Assembly: GCF_000981785.2 (NCBI RefSeq)
Contig: NZ_CP011304.1
Span: forward strand, 1,620,001 to 1,652,000
Length of the DNA: 32,000 nt
Direction: 5' to 3'
From: Microcystis aeruginosa NIES-2549
GTDB lineage: Bacteria; Cyanobacteriota; Cyanobacteriia; Cyanobacteriales; Microcystaceae
How positions within the stretch are numbered: the first letter of the stretch is position 1; the number at the start of each line of letters is the position of its first letter. Position numbers and translations under genes: made by a program. Under the pieces are notes generated by a model. That model searched no databases. It saw only the letters and a program-made list of their open reading frames with translations, and was not told the DNA's origin. Shown in pieces: positions 1 to 9,684 of the stretch.

Positions 1-576
1 TAATCCGGGTAAATCTAATAACTTAACTCTAACCCCTTTAGGCAATTCTAAGAGACTTTCATCTTTAATCAGTCTGAAAGGATAATAAATATTTGCTTGA
101 GGACAAGCTAAATTAGGTTGTTCTTCTCTAGCATCAATATAACTACTCATTGCATCATATAAAAGGTCATAAATTTCCTCATCGCTAATATTTTTCCATT
201 CACCACATTTCCACAAGGCTCCAGGTGTTTTTTCAATAATTAAACCTTTTTCTTGGTTATATTCAATCGTAACTGCTCCTGCACTCATCTCACTGACGGC
301 GGTTGGTACAATATCAGCACCACAGAGGAAATTAACTAAGGTACTCTTACCACTGCTCGTCGTGCCAGTCGTCGCTAAAATCAGGGTAGGATGGCGCAAT
401 TCATTGATTAACACTTCTAAAGCTTTCTCTAGGTTACTAGAAAGTTCCTGGATTTCACCATGATAGGATTCAGGCAAATGCTGAATAATCTCCGTTTTGA
501 AGTCACCCCAATAACCCGCTAGAAGGTTAGCTTTATTTTCCACTGCTTGGAAAACTTCGTAAGATTTTTGACCCAT
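1..576 (-). CDS. dynamin-family (bacterial dynamin-like) GTPase, N-terminal 192 codons; the rest lies beyond the window edge
   Basis: Absent from the ORF track because it is open at the window edge. Hand translation from ATG 576-574 gives MGQKSYEVFQAVENK...LILATTGTTSSGKSTLVNFLCGADIVPTAVSEMSAG...VKLLDLPGL. It has a P-loop GxxxxGKS-T, a G2 Thr and a G3 DxPG. The frame stays open to base 1. Confidence 0.75.
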   Translation of the reverse strand, partial: MGQKSYEVFQAVENKANLLAGYWGDFKTEIIQHLPESYHGEIQELSSNLEKALEVLINELRHPTLILATTGTTSSGKSTLVNFLCGADIVPTAVSEMSAGAVTIEYNQEKGLIIEKTPGALWKCGEWKNISDEEIYDLLYDAMSSYIDAREEQPNLACPQANIYYPFRLIKDESLLELPKGVRVKLLDLPGL

Positions 577-832
577 AATACTCTATCGCTGACAGAATAA
601 GCCACAACTTCATTATAACGATAATTTTTTTTCCTGCCTATATCTCCTGCAAAAATCAAAAATTTTCCCTTATGTAAAGAGACGAACGACAGTAGGAGAA
701 AAAATACAAGAAACCAATAGACTCTCGATAAAAACCAAGATTATGTCAAATTTATCTGAAGTTTTAGATATTTTGAACCGATAGAGCCTCGATAACTTAC
801 TTTTACAGGAGGTCTCCTTTAATTCTCCTATT

Positions 833-1324
833 CTAAACTGGTAAAAAATCAAAATCTATAATTTCTGCAAAGGTATAAGGACAAACTTGCGGAAACCTAT
901 CAACAGATAAACCAGTTTTTTTGATTACCGATCGCTTGGCTTTATCATAAATAATATCTAGCCTAGAAGCCCCATAATTGTAGAGGGTTTTTGACTGGAA
1001 TAAAATTTCTAGTTCTAGACGGAAATTATCGATTTCATCGGCCCATCCCCGGCCACAATTACCTTTTTCAGTCAGCCAATACTGATACATTAATAAATGT
1101 TTAACGGTTTGAATTAGATAGCTTTCCACTTTGTTCCTTTGTTCTCTCCCCAAATCTTCTATCTCCGTTAAAAGATGTTCCCAATCTAAATTTTTAATCT
1201 CCCCGCGTCGAATTTGTTCAGTGGTTCGCTCAATCCACAAAACAAAGTCCTGATCATAAAGTTGTTTTAATTCTTCCACCTGCATAGATTTTTGGGATTG
1301 AGCCGTGTTTTTATTATCAATCAT
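833..1324 (-). CDS. DUF29 family protein (four-helix-bundle type, multi-copy in cyanobacteria)
   Basis: ORF 833..1330. Pattern YDQDFVLWIERTTEQIRRGEIKNLDWEHLLTEIEDLGREQRNKVESYLIQTVKHLLMYQYW matches my memory of DUF29. The track start at 1330 is TTG. The first ATG is at 1324-1322 (MIDNKNTAQ...). Confidence 0.8.
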   Translation of the reverse strand: MIDNKNTAQSQKSMQVEELKQLYDQDFVLWIERTTEQIRRGEIKNLDWEHLLTEIEDLGREQRNKVESYLIQTVKHLLMYQYWLTEKGNCGRGWADEIDNFRLELEILFQSKTLYNYGASRLDIIYDKAKRSVIKKTGLSVDRFPQVCPYTFAEIIDFDFLPV

Positions 1325-1354
1325 AAACAAAACCCCCCACCAATGGGCGGGGGG
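1325..1354 (-). terminator. intrinsic terminator of psaAB
   Basis: Minus-strand RNA reads CCCCCCGC-CCAUUG-GUGGGGGG (8 bp including one G.U, 1354..1333), followed by UUUUGUUU (1332..1325). It starts 25 nt after the psaB stop. On the plus strand the same stem has an A.C mismatch, so it is better formed on the minus strand. Confidence 0.8.
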
Positions 1355-1378
1355 TTTTTTAGTTACCTAATTCAAGGT

Positions 1379-3592
1379 TTAGCCGAACTTGCCAGCAGTG
1401 GAGGCGATCAAGAAGGCGGCGTAGGTGAAGATATAGCCAACGGTGAAGTGAGCTAAACCAACCAAACGAGCCTGAACGATCGAGAGAGCCACGGGTTTGT
1501 CTTTCCAACGAACGAGGTTCGCCAGAGGAGTGCGTTCGTGGGCCCAAACGATAGTTTCGATCAACTCTTGCCAGTAACCACGCCAAGAGATCAGGAACAT
1601 GAAACCGGTTGCCCAAACGAGGTGTCCAAAGAGGAACATCCAGGCCCAGACAGAAAGGTTGTTAACACCGTAGGGGTTGTAACCGTTGATTAACTGAGCC
1701 GAGTTAGCCCAGAGGTAATCGCGGAACCAGCCCATCAGGTAGGTGGAGTTTTCGTTAAACTGAGCCACGTTACCCGACCAGACACCGAGGTGTTTCCAGT
1801 GCCAGTAGAACGTTAGCCAACCCAGGGTGTTCAACATCCAGAACATGGCTAGGTAGAAGGAATCCCAAGCAGAGATGTCGCAAGTACCGCCACGGCCGGG
1901 ACCGTCGCAAGGGAAGGAATACCCGAAGTCTTTTTTATCGGGCATTAATTTGGAACCACGAGCGTCTAAAGCACCTTTAACCAGGATTAGAACGGTGGTG
2001 TGTAAACCAAGAGCGATCGCATGGTGAACGAGGAAGTCGCCAGGACCGATGGTTAAGAAGAGGGAGTTAGTGCCGCTATTGATCGCGTCTAGCCAACCGG
2101 GTAACCAAACATCACCGTAGTTAGGATAGGCGGTGTAAGCGATACTATCGGGGTTAGACAACAGTACGTTCATGCCGTACAGGGTTTTACCCGAAGCTGC
2201 TTGCACGAATTGAGCGAACACAGGTTCGATCAGGATTTGTTTTTCGGGAGTACCGAAAGCGACGACTACATCGTTATGAACGTAGAGGCCGAGGGTGTGG
2301 AAACCTAAGAAAAGGGAAACCCAGCTTAGGTGAGAGATGATCGCTTCTTTATGCTCCAGCATCCGCGCCAGGACGTTATCTTTGTTCGCTTCGGGATCAT
2401 AGTCACGCACGAAGAAGATAGCACCGTGGGCGAAAGCACCCACCGCTAGGAAACCAGCGATGTATTGGTGGTGGGTATAAAGAGCCGCTTGGGTGGTGTA
2501 GTCCTTAGCGATAAAGGCATAAGGGGGTAGCGCGTACATATGCTGCGCCACCAGAGAGGTGATCACGCCTAAAGAAGCGAGAGCCAAACCGAGTTGGAAG
2601 TGGAGAGAGTTGTTAACCGTGTCATAAAGATTTTTGTGACCGGCTCCTAACTTACCACTGGGGGGTTTGTGGGCATTGAGGATGTCCTTGATGCTGTGAC
2701 CGATGCCCCAGTTGGTGCGGTACATATGACCAGCCACAATGAAGATCACAGCGATCGCCAAGTGGTGGTGAGCCATATCGGTTAACCAGAGGGACTCGGT
2801 TTGGGGATGGAAACCACCTAAGAAGGTGAGAATCGCAGTTCCCGCGCCTTGGGCAGTACCGAAAATGTGGTTAGCAGTGTCGGGGTTTTCCGCATACACA
2901 CCCCAGTCACCGGTGAAGAAGGGTAGTAAACCCGCCGGGTGGGGGGGAGTGGAGAGGAAGTTGTCCCAACCAACGTGCTGACCGCGGGATTCGGGGATAG
3001 CAACGTGAACGAGGTGTCCGGTCCAAGCCAGAGAGCTAACACCGAACAGAGCGGCGAGGTGGTGGTTCAGGCGAGATTCAGCGTTTTTGAACCAAGCGAG
3101 GCTAGGACGGAACTTAGGTTGTAAGTGTAACCAGCCAGCAAAGAGGAAAATCGCCGAGAGAATCAGCAGGAACACCGCACCTTGGTATAGGTCTTGGTTG
3201 GAGGTCATACCGATGGTGTAGAACCAGTGGTAAACCCCGGAATAGGCGATGTTAACCGGATTAGAAGCACCAGCTTGGGTGAAGGCATCTACAGCGCCTT
3301 TACCGAACTGGGGATCCCAAATCGCGTGGGCGATGGGACGGATGTTTAAGGGATCTTTGATCCACTGCTCGAAGTTACCTTGCCAAGCGACGTGGAATAT
3401 AGTGCCGGAAGTCCACAGGAAAATGATTGCAATGTGGCCGAAGTGGGACGCGAAAATCTTTTGGTAGAGATTCTCTTCCGTCATGCCATCATGACTTTCA
3501 AAATCGTGGGCTGTGGCGATCCCGTACCAAATCCGACGGGTAGTCGGATCTTGGGCTAGATCTTGGCTAAATTTAGGGAATTTAGTTGCCAT
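1379..3592 (-). CDS. psaB: photosystem I P700 chlorophyll a apoprotein A2 (PsaB)
   Basis: 737-aa ORF. N-terminus [36 protein letters not shown]. Fx cluster loop [18 protein letters not shown]. Lies directly downstream of psaA. Confidence 0.99.
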   Translation of the reverse strand: MATKFPKFSQDLAQDPTTRRIWYGIATAHDFESHDGMTEENLYQKIFASHFGHIAIIFLWTSGTIFHVAWQGNFEQWIKDPLNIRPIAHAIWDPQFGKGAVDAFTQAGASNPVNIAYSGVYHWFYTIGMTSNQDLYQGAVFLLILSAIFLFAGWLHLQPKFRPSLAWFKNAESRLNHHLAALFGVSSLAWTGHLVHVAIPESRGQHVGWDNFLSTPPHPAGLLPFFTGDWGVYAENPDTANHIFGTAQGAGTAILTFLGGFHPQTESLWLTDMAHHHLAIAVIFIVAGHMYRTNWGIGHSIKDILNAHKPPSGKLGAGHKNLYDTVNNSLHFQLGLALASLGVITSLVAQHMYALPPYAFIAKDYTTQAALYTHHQYIAGFLAVGAFAHGAIFFVRDYDPEANKDNVLARMLEHKEAIISHLSWVSLFLGFHTLGLYVHNDVVVAFGTPEKQILIEPVFAQFVQAASGKTLYGMNVLLSNPDSIAYTAYPNYGDVWLPGWLDAINSGTNSLFLTIGPGDFLVHHAIALGLHTTVLILVKGALDARGSKLMPDKKDFGYSFPCDGPGRGGTCDISAWDSFYLAMFWMLNTLGWLTFYWHWKHLGVWSGNVAQFNENSTYLMGWFRDYLWANSAQLINGYNPYGVNNLSVWAWMFLFGHLVWATGFMFLISWRGYWQELIETIVWAHERTPLANLVRWKDKPVALSIVQARLVGLAHFTVGYIFTYAAFLIASTAGKFG

Positions 3593-3770
3593 AGCTGTTT
3601 AGGAAATTCTCCTCTCTAAATAACTGAGGCTCTTACACGAGTGCTGGTTATTTCCTTTTTTAAATTCACCCACTGTAATAGGAAACGCTTACAGTGGTAT
3701 CGGTCAATCGACGCTGGTTCAGCCTAGTCTTGCCAATCCCCGGGGGACTGGCAAGCCCTTATAGGCAAGT

Positions 3771-6020
3771 TTAGCCAATCGAGAGACTTCTGGCCAAGAA
3801 GAATGCCCAAGTGGTGACAATACCGCCTAAGAGGTAGTGAGCCACACCAACGGCACGACCTTGAATGATGCTCAGGGCGCGAGGTTGGATAGCGGGGGCA
3901 ACTCTTAACTTGTTGTGCGCCCAGACGATCGACTCGATTAATTCTTGCCAGTAGCCGCGACCACTGAACAGGAACATCAAGCTAAACGCGAAGACGAAGT
4001 GACCGGCTAAGAACATGATTCCGTAGGCAGACAGGGCAGAGCCATAGGAATTAATGACTTGCGCCGCTTGCGCCCAGAGGAAATCGCGTAACCAACCGTT
4101 GATGGTGATGGCACTTTGAGCGAAGTTACCAAGGGTAACGTGGGTGACAGTGCCATCGGGGGCGACGGTTCCCCAGACATCGGACTGCATTTTCCAGCTA
4201 AAGTGGAAGATTACGACCGAGAGGGAGTTGTACATCCAGAACAGGCCGAGGAAGACGTGATCCCAACCCGAAACTTGGCAGGTACCGCCGCGACCGGGAC
4301 CATCGCAGGGGAAACGGAAACCGAGATTCGCTTTATCGGGAATCAGACGGGAACCGCGAGCGTAGAGAACCCCTTTGAGGAGAATCAACACCGTTACATG
4401 GATGGTGAAGGCGTGGATGTGATGCACGAGGAAATCGGCAGTACCGAGAGTGATCGGCATCATGGCCACTTTGCCACCCACTGCTACCACGTCGCCACCG
4501 AAAGCATAACTAGCGGTAGTGAGAGCGTTAGGAGCGGTGTTGCCGGGGGCTAGGGTGTGGAGACTTTGTACCCATTGGGCAAAGATGGGTTGTAGTTGAA
4601 TTCCCGTATCCGAGAACATATCTTGGGGACGACCAAAAGCCCGCATGGTGTCGTTGTGAATGTATAAACCGAAGCTATGGAAGCCGAGGAAAATACATAC
4701 CCAGTTCAGGTGGGAGATAATTGCGTCGCGATGACGGATCACCCGATCGAGCAGGTTATCGACGTTTTTGGCCGGATCGTAGTCCCGCACCATGAAGATC
4801 GCTCCGTGCGCTCCCGCACCGACGATTAAGAAGCCACCGATCCAAGTGTGGTGAGTAAACAAGGATAGTTGGGTGGCGTAGTCCGTCGCCTGATAGGGAT
4901 AGGGCGGCATGGCGTACATATGGTGGGCCACGATGATGGTTAGCGAACCTAAGAGAGCAAGGTTAATCGCTAACTGGGCGTGCCAAGAGGTGGTCAGGAT
5001 TTCGTACAGTCCTTTGTGACCTTGACCGGTGAAGGGACCTTTGTGGTTTTCGAGGATTTCCTTCATGCTGTGACCGATACCCCAGTTGGTACGGTACATA
5101 TGACCAGCAATGATGAATAATACAGCGATCGCCAAGTGATGGTGAGCGGTATCGGAAAGCCAGAGACCACCGGTCACGGGGTTCAAGCCACCTTTGAAGG
5201 TGAGGAAATCCGAGTAAGCACCCCAGTTAAGGGTAAAGAAGGGGGTCAAACCCTGGGCGAAACTGGGATATAAATCCGCCATCTTGCTCGGTTCGAGGAT
5301 GAACTCGTGGGGCAAGGGGATGTCTTGGGGAGCGACTCCAGCATCGAGGAGTTTGTTCACCGGTAAAGAAACGTGAATCTGATGACCGGCCCAACCTAGG
5401 GAACCTAAGCCGAGTAAACCCGCCAAGTGGTGGTTCATCATCGATTCCACGTTTTGGAACCATTCCAGTTTCGGTGCGCTTTTGTGGTAATGGAACCAAC
5501 CGGCAAACAGCATCAGGCCCGCCATAACTAAACCACCGATAGCGGTGCAGTATAGCTGATAGCTGTTGGTGAACCCGGAGGCGCGCCAAAGGTAGAACAG
5601 ACCAGAGGTGATCTGAATACCGTGGAAACCGCCGCCCACATCGCCGTTCAGGATGCCTTGACCGACGATCGGCCAGACCACTTGGGCGCTGGGTTTGATG
5701 GCCAGCGGGTTGGTTAACCAAGCTTCATAGTTAGAAAATTTCGCGCCGTGGAAGTACATTCCACTTAGCCAAACGAAGACAACGGCGAGATGTCCGAAGT
5801 GGGCACTGAAGATTTTCCGAGAAATATCTTCTAGATCGCTGGTTTGACTATCAAAATCGTGGACGTTGGCGTGTAGGTTCCAAATCCAGGTGGTGGTTTT
5901 GGGTCCTTTGGCTAAAGTGCGATCAAAATGCCCCGGTTGCCCCCACTTCTCAAAGGAAGTAGGTACTGGGTCTTTATCTACAATCACTTTAGCTACCGCC
6001 TCTTTGGGGGGGAGTGCCAT
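3771..6020 (-). CDS. psaA: photosystem I P700 chlorophyll a apoprotein A1 (PsaA)
   Basis: 749-aa ORF. Contains [60 protein letters not shown] and the Fx loop [19 protein letters not shown]. An SD-like GAGAGGAGAAT precedes the ATG. Confidence 0.99.
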   Translation of the reverse strand: MALPPKEAVAKVIVDKDPVPTSFEKWGQPGHFDRTLAKGPKTTTWIWNLHANVHDFDSQTSDLEDISRKIFSAHFGHLAVVFVWLSGMYFHGAKFSNYEAWLTNPLAIKPSAQVVWPIVGQGILNGDVGGGFHGIQITSGLFYLWRASGFTNSYQLYCTAIGGLVMAGLMLFAGWFHYHKSAPKLEWFQNVESMMNHHLAGLLGLGSLGWAGHQIHVSLPVNKLLDAGVAPQDIPLPHEFILEPSKMADLYPSFAQGLTPFFTLNWGAYSDFLTFKGGLNPVTGGLWLSDTAHHHLAIAVLFIIAGHMYRTNWGIGHSMKEILENHKGPFTGQGHKGLYEILTTSWHAQLAINLALLGSLTIIVAHHMYAMPPYPYQATDYATQLSLFTHHTWIGGFLIVGAGAHGAIFMVRDYDPAKNVDNLLDRVIRHRDAIISHLNWVCIFLGFHSFGLYIHNDTMRAFGRPQDMFSDTGIQLQPIFAQWVQSLHTLAPGNTAPNALTTASYAFGGDVVAVGGKVAMMPITLGTADFLVHHIHAFTIHVTVLILLKGVLYARGSRLIPDKANLGFRFPCDGPGRGGTCQVSGWDHVFLGLFWMYNSLSVVIFHFSWKMQSDVWGTVAPDGTVTHVTLGNFAQSAITINGWLRDFLWAQAAQVINSYGSALSAYGIMFLAGHFVFAFSLMFLFSGRGYWQELIESIVWAHNKLRVAPAIQPRALSIIQGRAVGVAHYLLGGIVTTWAFFLARSLSIG

Positions 6021-6298
6021 GAGGATTCTCCTCTCTCGACAATAGACTTAGCGTTTTATTTGAGGATAGATTTTTTAACCTAAAAAAGGCAAGTTGAAAT
6101 CTGACCCACCTTTTGTTAATGTCGCTTGACTTTCCTCTTGGGTGAGATTCCAGTCGAAAGCATCAATAGTAGATGATAAGTCTTTGTTCTCTTGTCTGTT
6201 CGTTATGCTTAACAATAATTAAAATTCTCTCAATCCTTGATAGGAGAGACGTTTTCTGCTATGGACGGTCTTAGTCAGGGTCTGACTGGTGATTTTTC

Positions 6299-6316
6299 TT
6301 TACAAAAGTTTATCAA
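6299..6316. promoter_or_regulatory. HLR1-like direct repeat (possible RpaB-type site) in the psaA upstream region
   Basis: TTTACAAA-AG-TTTATCAA is two octamers spaced by 2 nt, about 280 nt upstream of the psaA ATG. The second half has 2 mismatches to the (G/T)TTACA(T/A)(T/A) consensus as I recall it. Confidence 0.25.
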
Positions 6317-6487
6317 TTGTCGCTCCGGAAGCCAATTTCCCCTTTTTCTCCCTCACCAGACCATATAGAAAATTCAATAGATAGATTCTCAAAAAACAAT
6401 CAAACAATTCTGTAAAATTGAGGCCATGACCTCATCTTCTCGCGCTTTTGCTGACACCATAGCATTCAATGACTCTAGCAAAAATCA

Positions 6488-8062
6488 ATGGTTTGTATAG
6501 ATTTTGGCCTTGGCTCTAGGAGGAACGTGCTATCCCTACTACATAGATTAATCCCCGTCAAAACCCTTCATATATGCCTTTTGATCGGTTTACTGACCAC
6601 CCTGTTAACGGCCTGTGGCGATCGCCTGACAGCTACCAATCTCCCCACTTCCGAAACCCCTCATCTTCCCGTCGTTCGAGGCCGCATTTCTGAGGTTGCC
6701 CCCCCGGCCCTAATTCAGGAACTGCGCCCCAGTTTAGATCGTTACGCTCCCCAAGTAACGATTCTCAGTCCTCTGGCCGAACAAGTTTTCGATGACCCTC
6801 AGGTGACAGTTAAACTACAAGTGTCTGATCTGCCAATTTTCCAAGACGATACCCTGAAATTAGGACCCCACTTGAGCCTAATTGTCGATAATGAACCGGC
6901 AGCGGCTATCTACGACCTCAAGCAACCGATTATCCTAGAAAATCTTGCCCCAGGTACTCACACCCTCCGCGTCTTGGCCCTGCGGCCTTGGCAGGAAAGT
7001 TTTAAAAATGATGGGGCTTTTGCTGAAACAACCTTTCATATTCTGACAAAAACAGGCAAAAATGCCCCCGATAACAACTTACCCCTATTAACCTACAGTA
7101 GTCCGCAAGGAATCTACGGTGCAGAACCGATCCTGCTCGATTTTTATCTGAGTAATGCTCCTCTACGTCTGTCCAATACTGCCAACGGGGATAATAATCT
7201 TCAAAATTGGCGCATTCGTGTCACTGTCAACGGGGAAAGTTTTCTGCTTGATACTTGGGAACCAATCTATCTCAAGGGTTTTGCCAAGGGCAATAACTGG
7301 GTACAACTAGAATTCATCGATGGTAAGGGAAATAAAATCGAAAACGAGTTTAATACCAGCGTGCGCGTGATTAGCTTTGAACCCTCTTACCAAGACGGCC
7401 TCAGTCAATTAGTCCGTGGCGATTTATCCCCTACAATTGCCCGTAGCATTGTTGATCCCAACTATAAAACTCTTCCTAGTCTAGAGGAAGAAACCCCTAT
7501 AGTTGAGGAAACACCCGTTATTGAGGAAGAAGAAACCCCTATAGTTGAGGAAACACCCGTTATTGAGGAAGAAGAAACCCCTATAGTTGAGGAAACACCC
7601 GTTATTGAGGAAGAAGAAACCCCTATAGTTGAGGAAAACCCTATAGTTGAGGAAAACCCTGTAGTTGAGGAAAACCCTGTAGTTGAGGAACCCCCTATAG
7701 TTGAGGAAAACCCTGTAGTTGAGGAAACCCCGGTTATTGAACCAGAAAGCCCAATTGTGGAAGAAAAACCAGTAGAAACAGAAACAATCGAAAAGGTCGA
7801 GGGAACCCCCGAAGCGATCGAATCTCCCCTAACCACCATACCAGAGACAAAGGAGATTAACGAACTGGCCCCCAGTATTCAGCCTCTGGTAGAAGTGGAA
7901 CCCATTCCCGAACCCCAGAACAATAGCGAGAAAAAAATCACCATTTTTGATCGCATTCAACAAACCTTAAATCGCTTCCAGTTACCCTCTCCCCCAGCGG
8001 AAAAAGCTATCGAACTACCCACCCTCGATCCTGAATTATTCAGCAACATCGATCGATCTTAA
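6488..8062 (+). CDS. lipoprotein with two Ig-like-looking domains and an acidic Glu/Pro/Val/Ile tandem-repeat region; function unknown
   Basis: 524-aa ORF with lipobox LLTAC-G (Cys43 from ATG 6488). An in-frame GTG at 6527 follows AGGAGG and would give a more typical 30-aa signal. The C-terminal third consists of EETPIVEETPVIEE and ENPVVE repeats. Confidence 0.8.
   Translation: MVCIDFGLGSRRNVLSLLHRLIPVKTLHICLLIGLLTTLLTACGDRLTATNLPTSETPHLPVVRGRISEVAPPALIQELRPSLDRYAPQVTILSPLAEQVFDDPQVTVKLQVSDLPIFQDDTLKLGPHLSLIVDNEPAAAIYDLKQPIILENLAPGTHTLRVLALRPWQESFKNDGAFAETTFHILTKTGKNAPDNNLPLLTYSSPQGIYGAEPILLDFYLSNAPLRLSNTANGDNNLQNWRIRVTVNGESFLLDTWEPIYLKGFAKGNNWVQLEFIDGKGNKIENEFNTSVRVISFEPSYQDGLSQLVRGDLSPTIARSIVDPNYKTLPSLEEETPIVEETPVIEEEETPIVEETPVIEEEETPIVEETPVIEEEETPIVEENPIVEENPVVEENPVVEEPPIVEENPVVEETPVIEPESPIVEEKPVETETIEKVEGTPEAIESPLTTIPETKEINELAPSIQPLVEVEPIPEPQNNSEKKITIFDRIQQTLNRFQLPSPPAEKAIELPTLDPELFSNIDRS
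7484..7738 (+). repeat. in-frame coding tandem repeats: about 3.5 copies of 42 bp followed by 6 copies of 18 bp
   Basis: The 42-bp unit GAGGAAGAAGAAACCCCTATAGTTGAGGAAACACCCGTTATT is identical at 7523-7564 and 7565-7606, with partial copies on both sides. 18-bp units of the form GAGGAAAACCCT(A/G)TAGTT run from 7631 to 7738. Confidence 0.95.
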
Positions 8063-8132
8063 AACCCAGCTTAATAAGCGATCAGTTATTTTAGGTATTA
8101 GCTATCAGCATTCAGCTTTTATTTAGTCGATT

Positions 8133-8154
8133 AATGGCTAAATAGCCATTTTTG
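8133..8154 (+). terminator. probable intrinsic terminator after the repeat lipoprotein gene
   Basis: AATGGC-TAAATA-GCCATT hairpin followed by TTTT, about 70 nt after the stop at 8062. The stem is short and AT-rich. Confidence 0.4.
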
Positions 8155-8342
8155 CGCTGATTTTACTGTTATATGGCTGACGGCTCATAGCTGATGGCTT
8201 AAAGACCGCCCAGAAAAACCCCCGCCAAATCAACGAGCGAGAAATTATTAAACTAATATTTCGCAATATGGACAAAATCAGGAACTAAGTTATAATCTAA
8301 AACGTCTATAGACGGTTTACTAACTTTTTGCTTGAGGTAATT

Positions 8343-8909
8343 GTGTTTAACAAAATTTCCCTTGTCGCTGGTTTTGCCGGTTTAGTTGCCCTAACTACCG
8401 TTGGTGCTGTACCCGCACAAGCAGGACTGGAAAATAACGAAATTCTGATCAGTCAACTGCGCGGCCATGACACCTACAGAGGTGAGCCGCAACTCAACCC
8501 GGGTGACTATATACTCGGTCGCGTCCGGGGAACCGTGGGTGGCATTATGTCCATCCAATTGATCAGACTTGTAACAGTGGATGGCAAAGAAATTTTCAAC
8601 GGCGACTTTGCTGACGGAACCACCGCTCGTATTACTGGGGATGGCACTGGTGGCGACGATGTACTATTGCAAGTGGTAGATGGCAAGTTAATTTATGTGG
8701 GTAAAGCTCATCCCTATTGGGTTTCCCGCTTGAAACTAAAATCAGAAATCGCCGTCAGTACCACTCGCTCGCAACTTTTAAGAGAAATCAACGAAAAACA
8801 ACCTGCTTGGGGACTTCCCGCTTTACCCCCGGAAACCAGAACCTTTACTGAAGTTGCTCCTCAACCCGCTCCCGAGCCTAGTGTATCTCCTATCCGCGGA
8901 CTTTGGTAG
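8343..8909 (+). CDS. secreted hypothetical protein
   Basis: ORF 8328..8909, where the track start is TTG. A GTG at 8343 is preceded by GAGG and gives MFNKISLVAGFAGLVALTTVGAVPAQA, a signal peptide with an AxA site. The C-terminus is proline-rich. No family recognised. Confidence 0.7.
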   Translation: MFNKISLVAGFAGLVALTTVGAVPAQAGLENNEILISQLRGHDTYRGEPQLNPGDYILGRVRGTVGGIMSIQLIRLVTVDGKEIFNGDFADGTTARITGDGTGGDDVLLQVVDGKLIYVGKAHPYWVSRLKLKSEIAVSTTRSQLLREINEKQPAWGLPALPPETRTFTEVAPQPAPEPSVSPIRGLW

Positions 8910-9025
8910 TGGGAAGACATCAGCAGAAAATCTCTTGTCTTAGAAGCTGAAAAATCTTCTCGAATTTAATACAAGTGTACTCAAAAGCTCTCTCTTGTTT
9001 CGATCGAAGGGGGGGTCTTTTTTAG

Positions 9026-9673
9026 TCAAAAATTGAGAAATAATTGTATTTCAGCCCAGATTGTCGTCATCACATCGGTAAGGGCATGATCGCTATCTAA
9101 TTCGATTAATTTCACCCAAGGACGATTCATGCAATAATGGCGACTATTTTCTAGGGGAATCACCTCATCGGCACGACCATGAATAATCAGGGTGGGGAGC
9201 TGCCTGATTAACTTTTCTTGGGGATAATTAGCTAAATCATCGATAAATTTGCAATAAATTGGCAGATAACGGCGATAACCGTAGTGATAAACCGATAAAC
9301 TCCCAGATTTTTGCCAATTGGCTAGGGTTTCTGCTCCCAATTGTCCCAACCAAATCGGCCCGAAATTAAAAGCTGGAGCTAATAAAACGAGCCTTTGCAC
9401 CTGAGAATAGGTTTCTGCCAGCCAAGCTGCCGTTAAACCGCCAAAACTGGAACCAATCAGAGTAACAGGAACCTGAGATTGTTCAATCACTCGGCCGATT
9501 TGGACAATCTGACGAGTGAGAGTTAAGCTAGAAAAGTCATCACCGTTAAGATCGGGAATTTCCATCGCTAAACCCCTCTTTTGCCAACAATGTCTCAAAA
9601 ATTGCGCTTTTGTTGATTGGGGGCTAGAAGCAAAACCGTGTAGATAAATATATCTGTTTTCAAGGACTGCCAT
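9026..9673 (-). CDS. alpha/beta-fold hydrolase (YqiA/UPF0227-like esterase)
   Basis: 215 aa. Contains YIYLHGFASSP, nucleophile elbow GSSFGG, and later HGRADEVIP and DSDHAL, which are consistent with a Ser-Asp-His triad. Confidence 0.8.
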   Translation of the reverse strand: MAVLENRYIYLHGFASSPQSTKAQFLRHCWQKRGLAMEIPDLNGDDFSSLTLTRQIVQIGRVIEQSQVPVTLIGSSFGGLTAAWLAETYSQVQRLVLLAPAFNFGPIWLGQLGAETLANWQKSGSLSVYHYGYRRYLPIYCKFIDDLANYPQEKLIRQLPTLIIHGRADEVIPLENSRHYCMNRPWVKLIELDSDHALTDVMTTIWAEIQLFLNF

Positions 9674-9684
9674 TCTAGAACCAA

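Noticed and set aside
1359-5721. Track ORFs inside psaB and psaA on other frames or strands (1359-1616, 2818-3042, 2939-3124, 3249-3467, 4116-4553, 5227-5721)
   Set aside because: They lie wholly within two unambiguous, highly conserved genes. Their products are low-complexity and Arg/Gly/Pro/Ser-rich, typical of shadow ORFs in GC-richer coding DNA.
7484-7738. Possible CRISPR array because of regularly spaced repeats
   Set aside because: The units are contiguous with no unique spacers. They are 42 or 18 bp long, in frame within a long ORF, and no cas genes are nearby.
7462-7839. 125-aa minus-strand ORF (SSTIGVSSSSITGV repeats)
   Set aside because: It is the antisense reading of the acidic tandem repeats. 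Its periodicity comes from the plus-strand gene, which has a signal peptide and non-repetitive domains.
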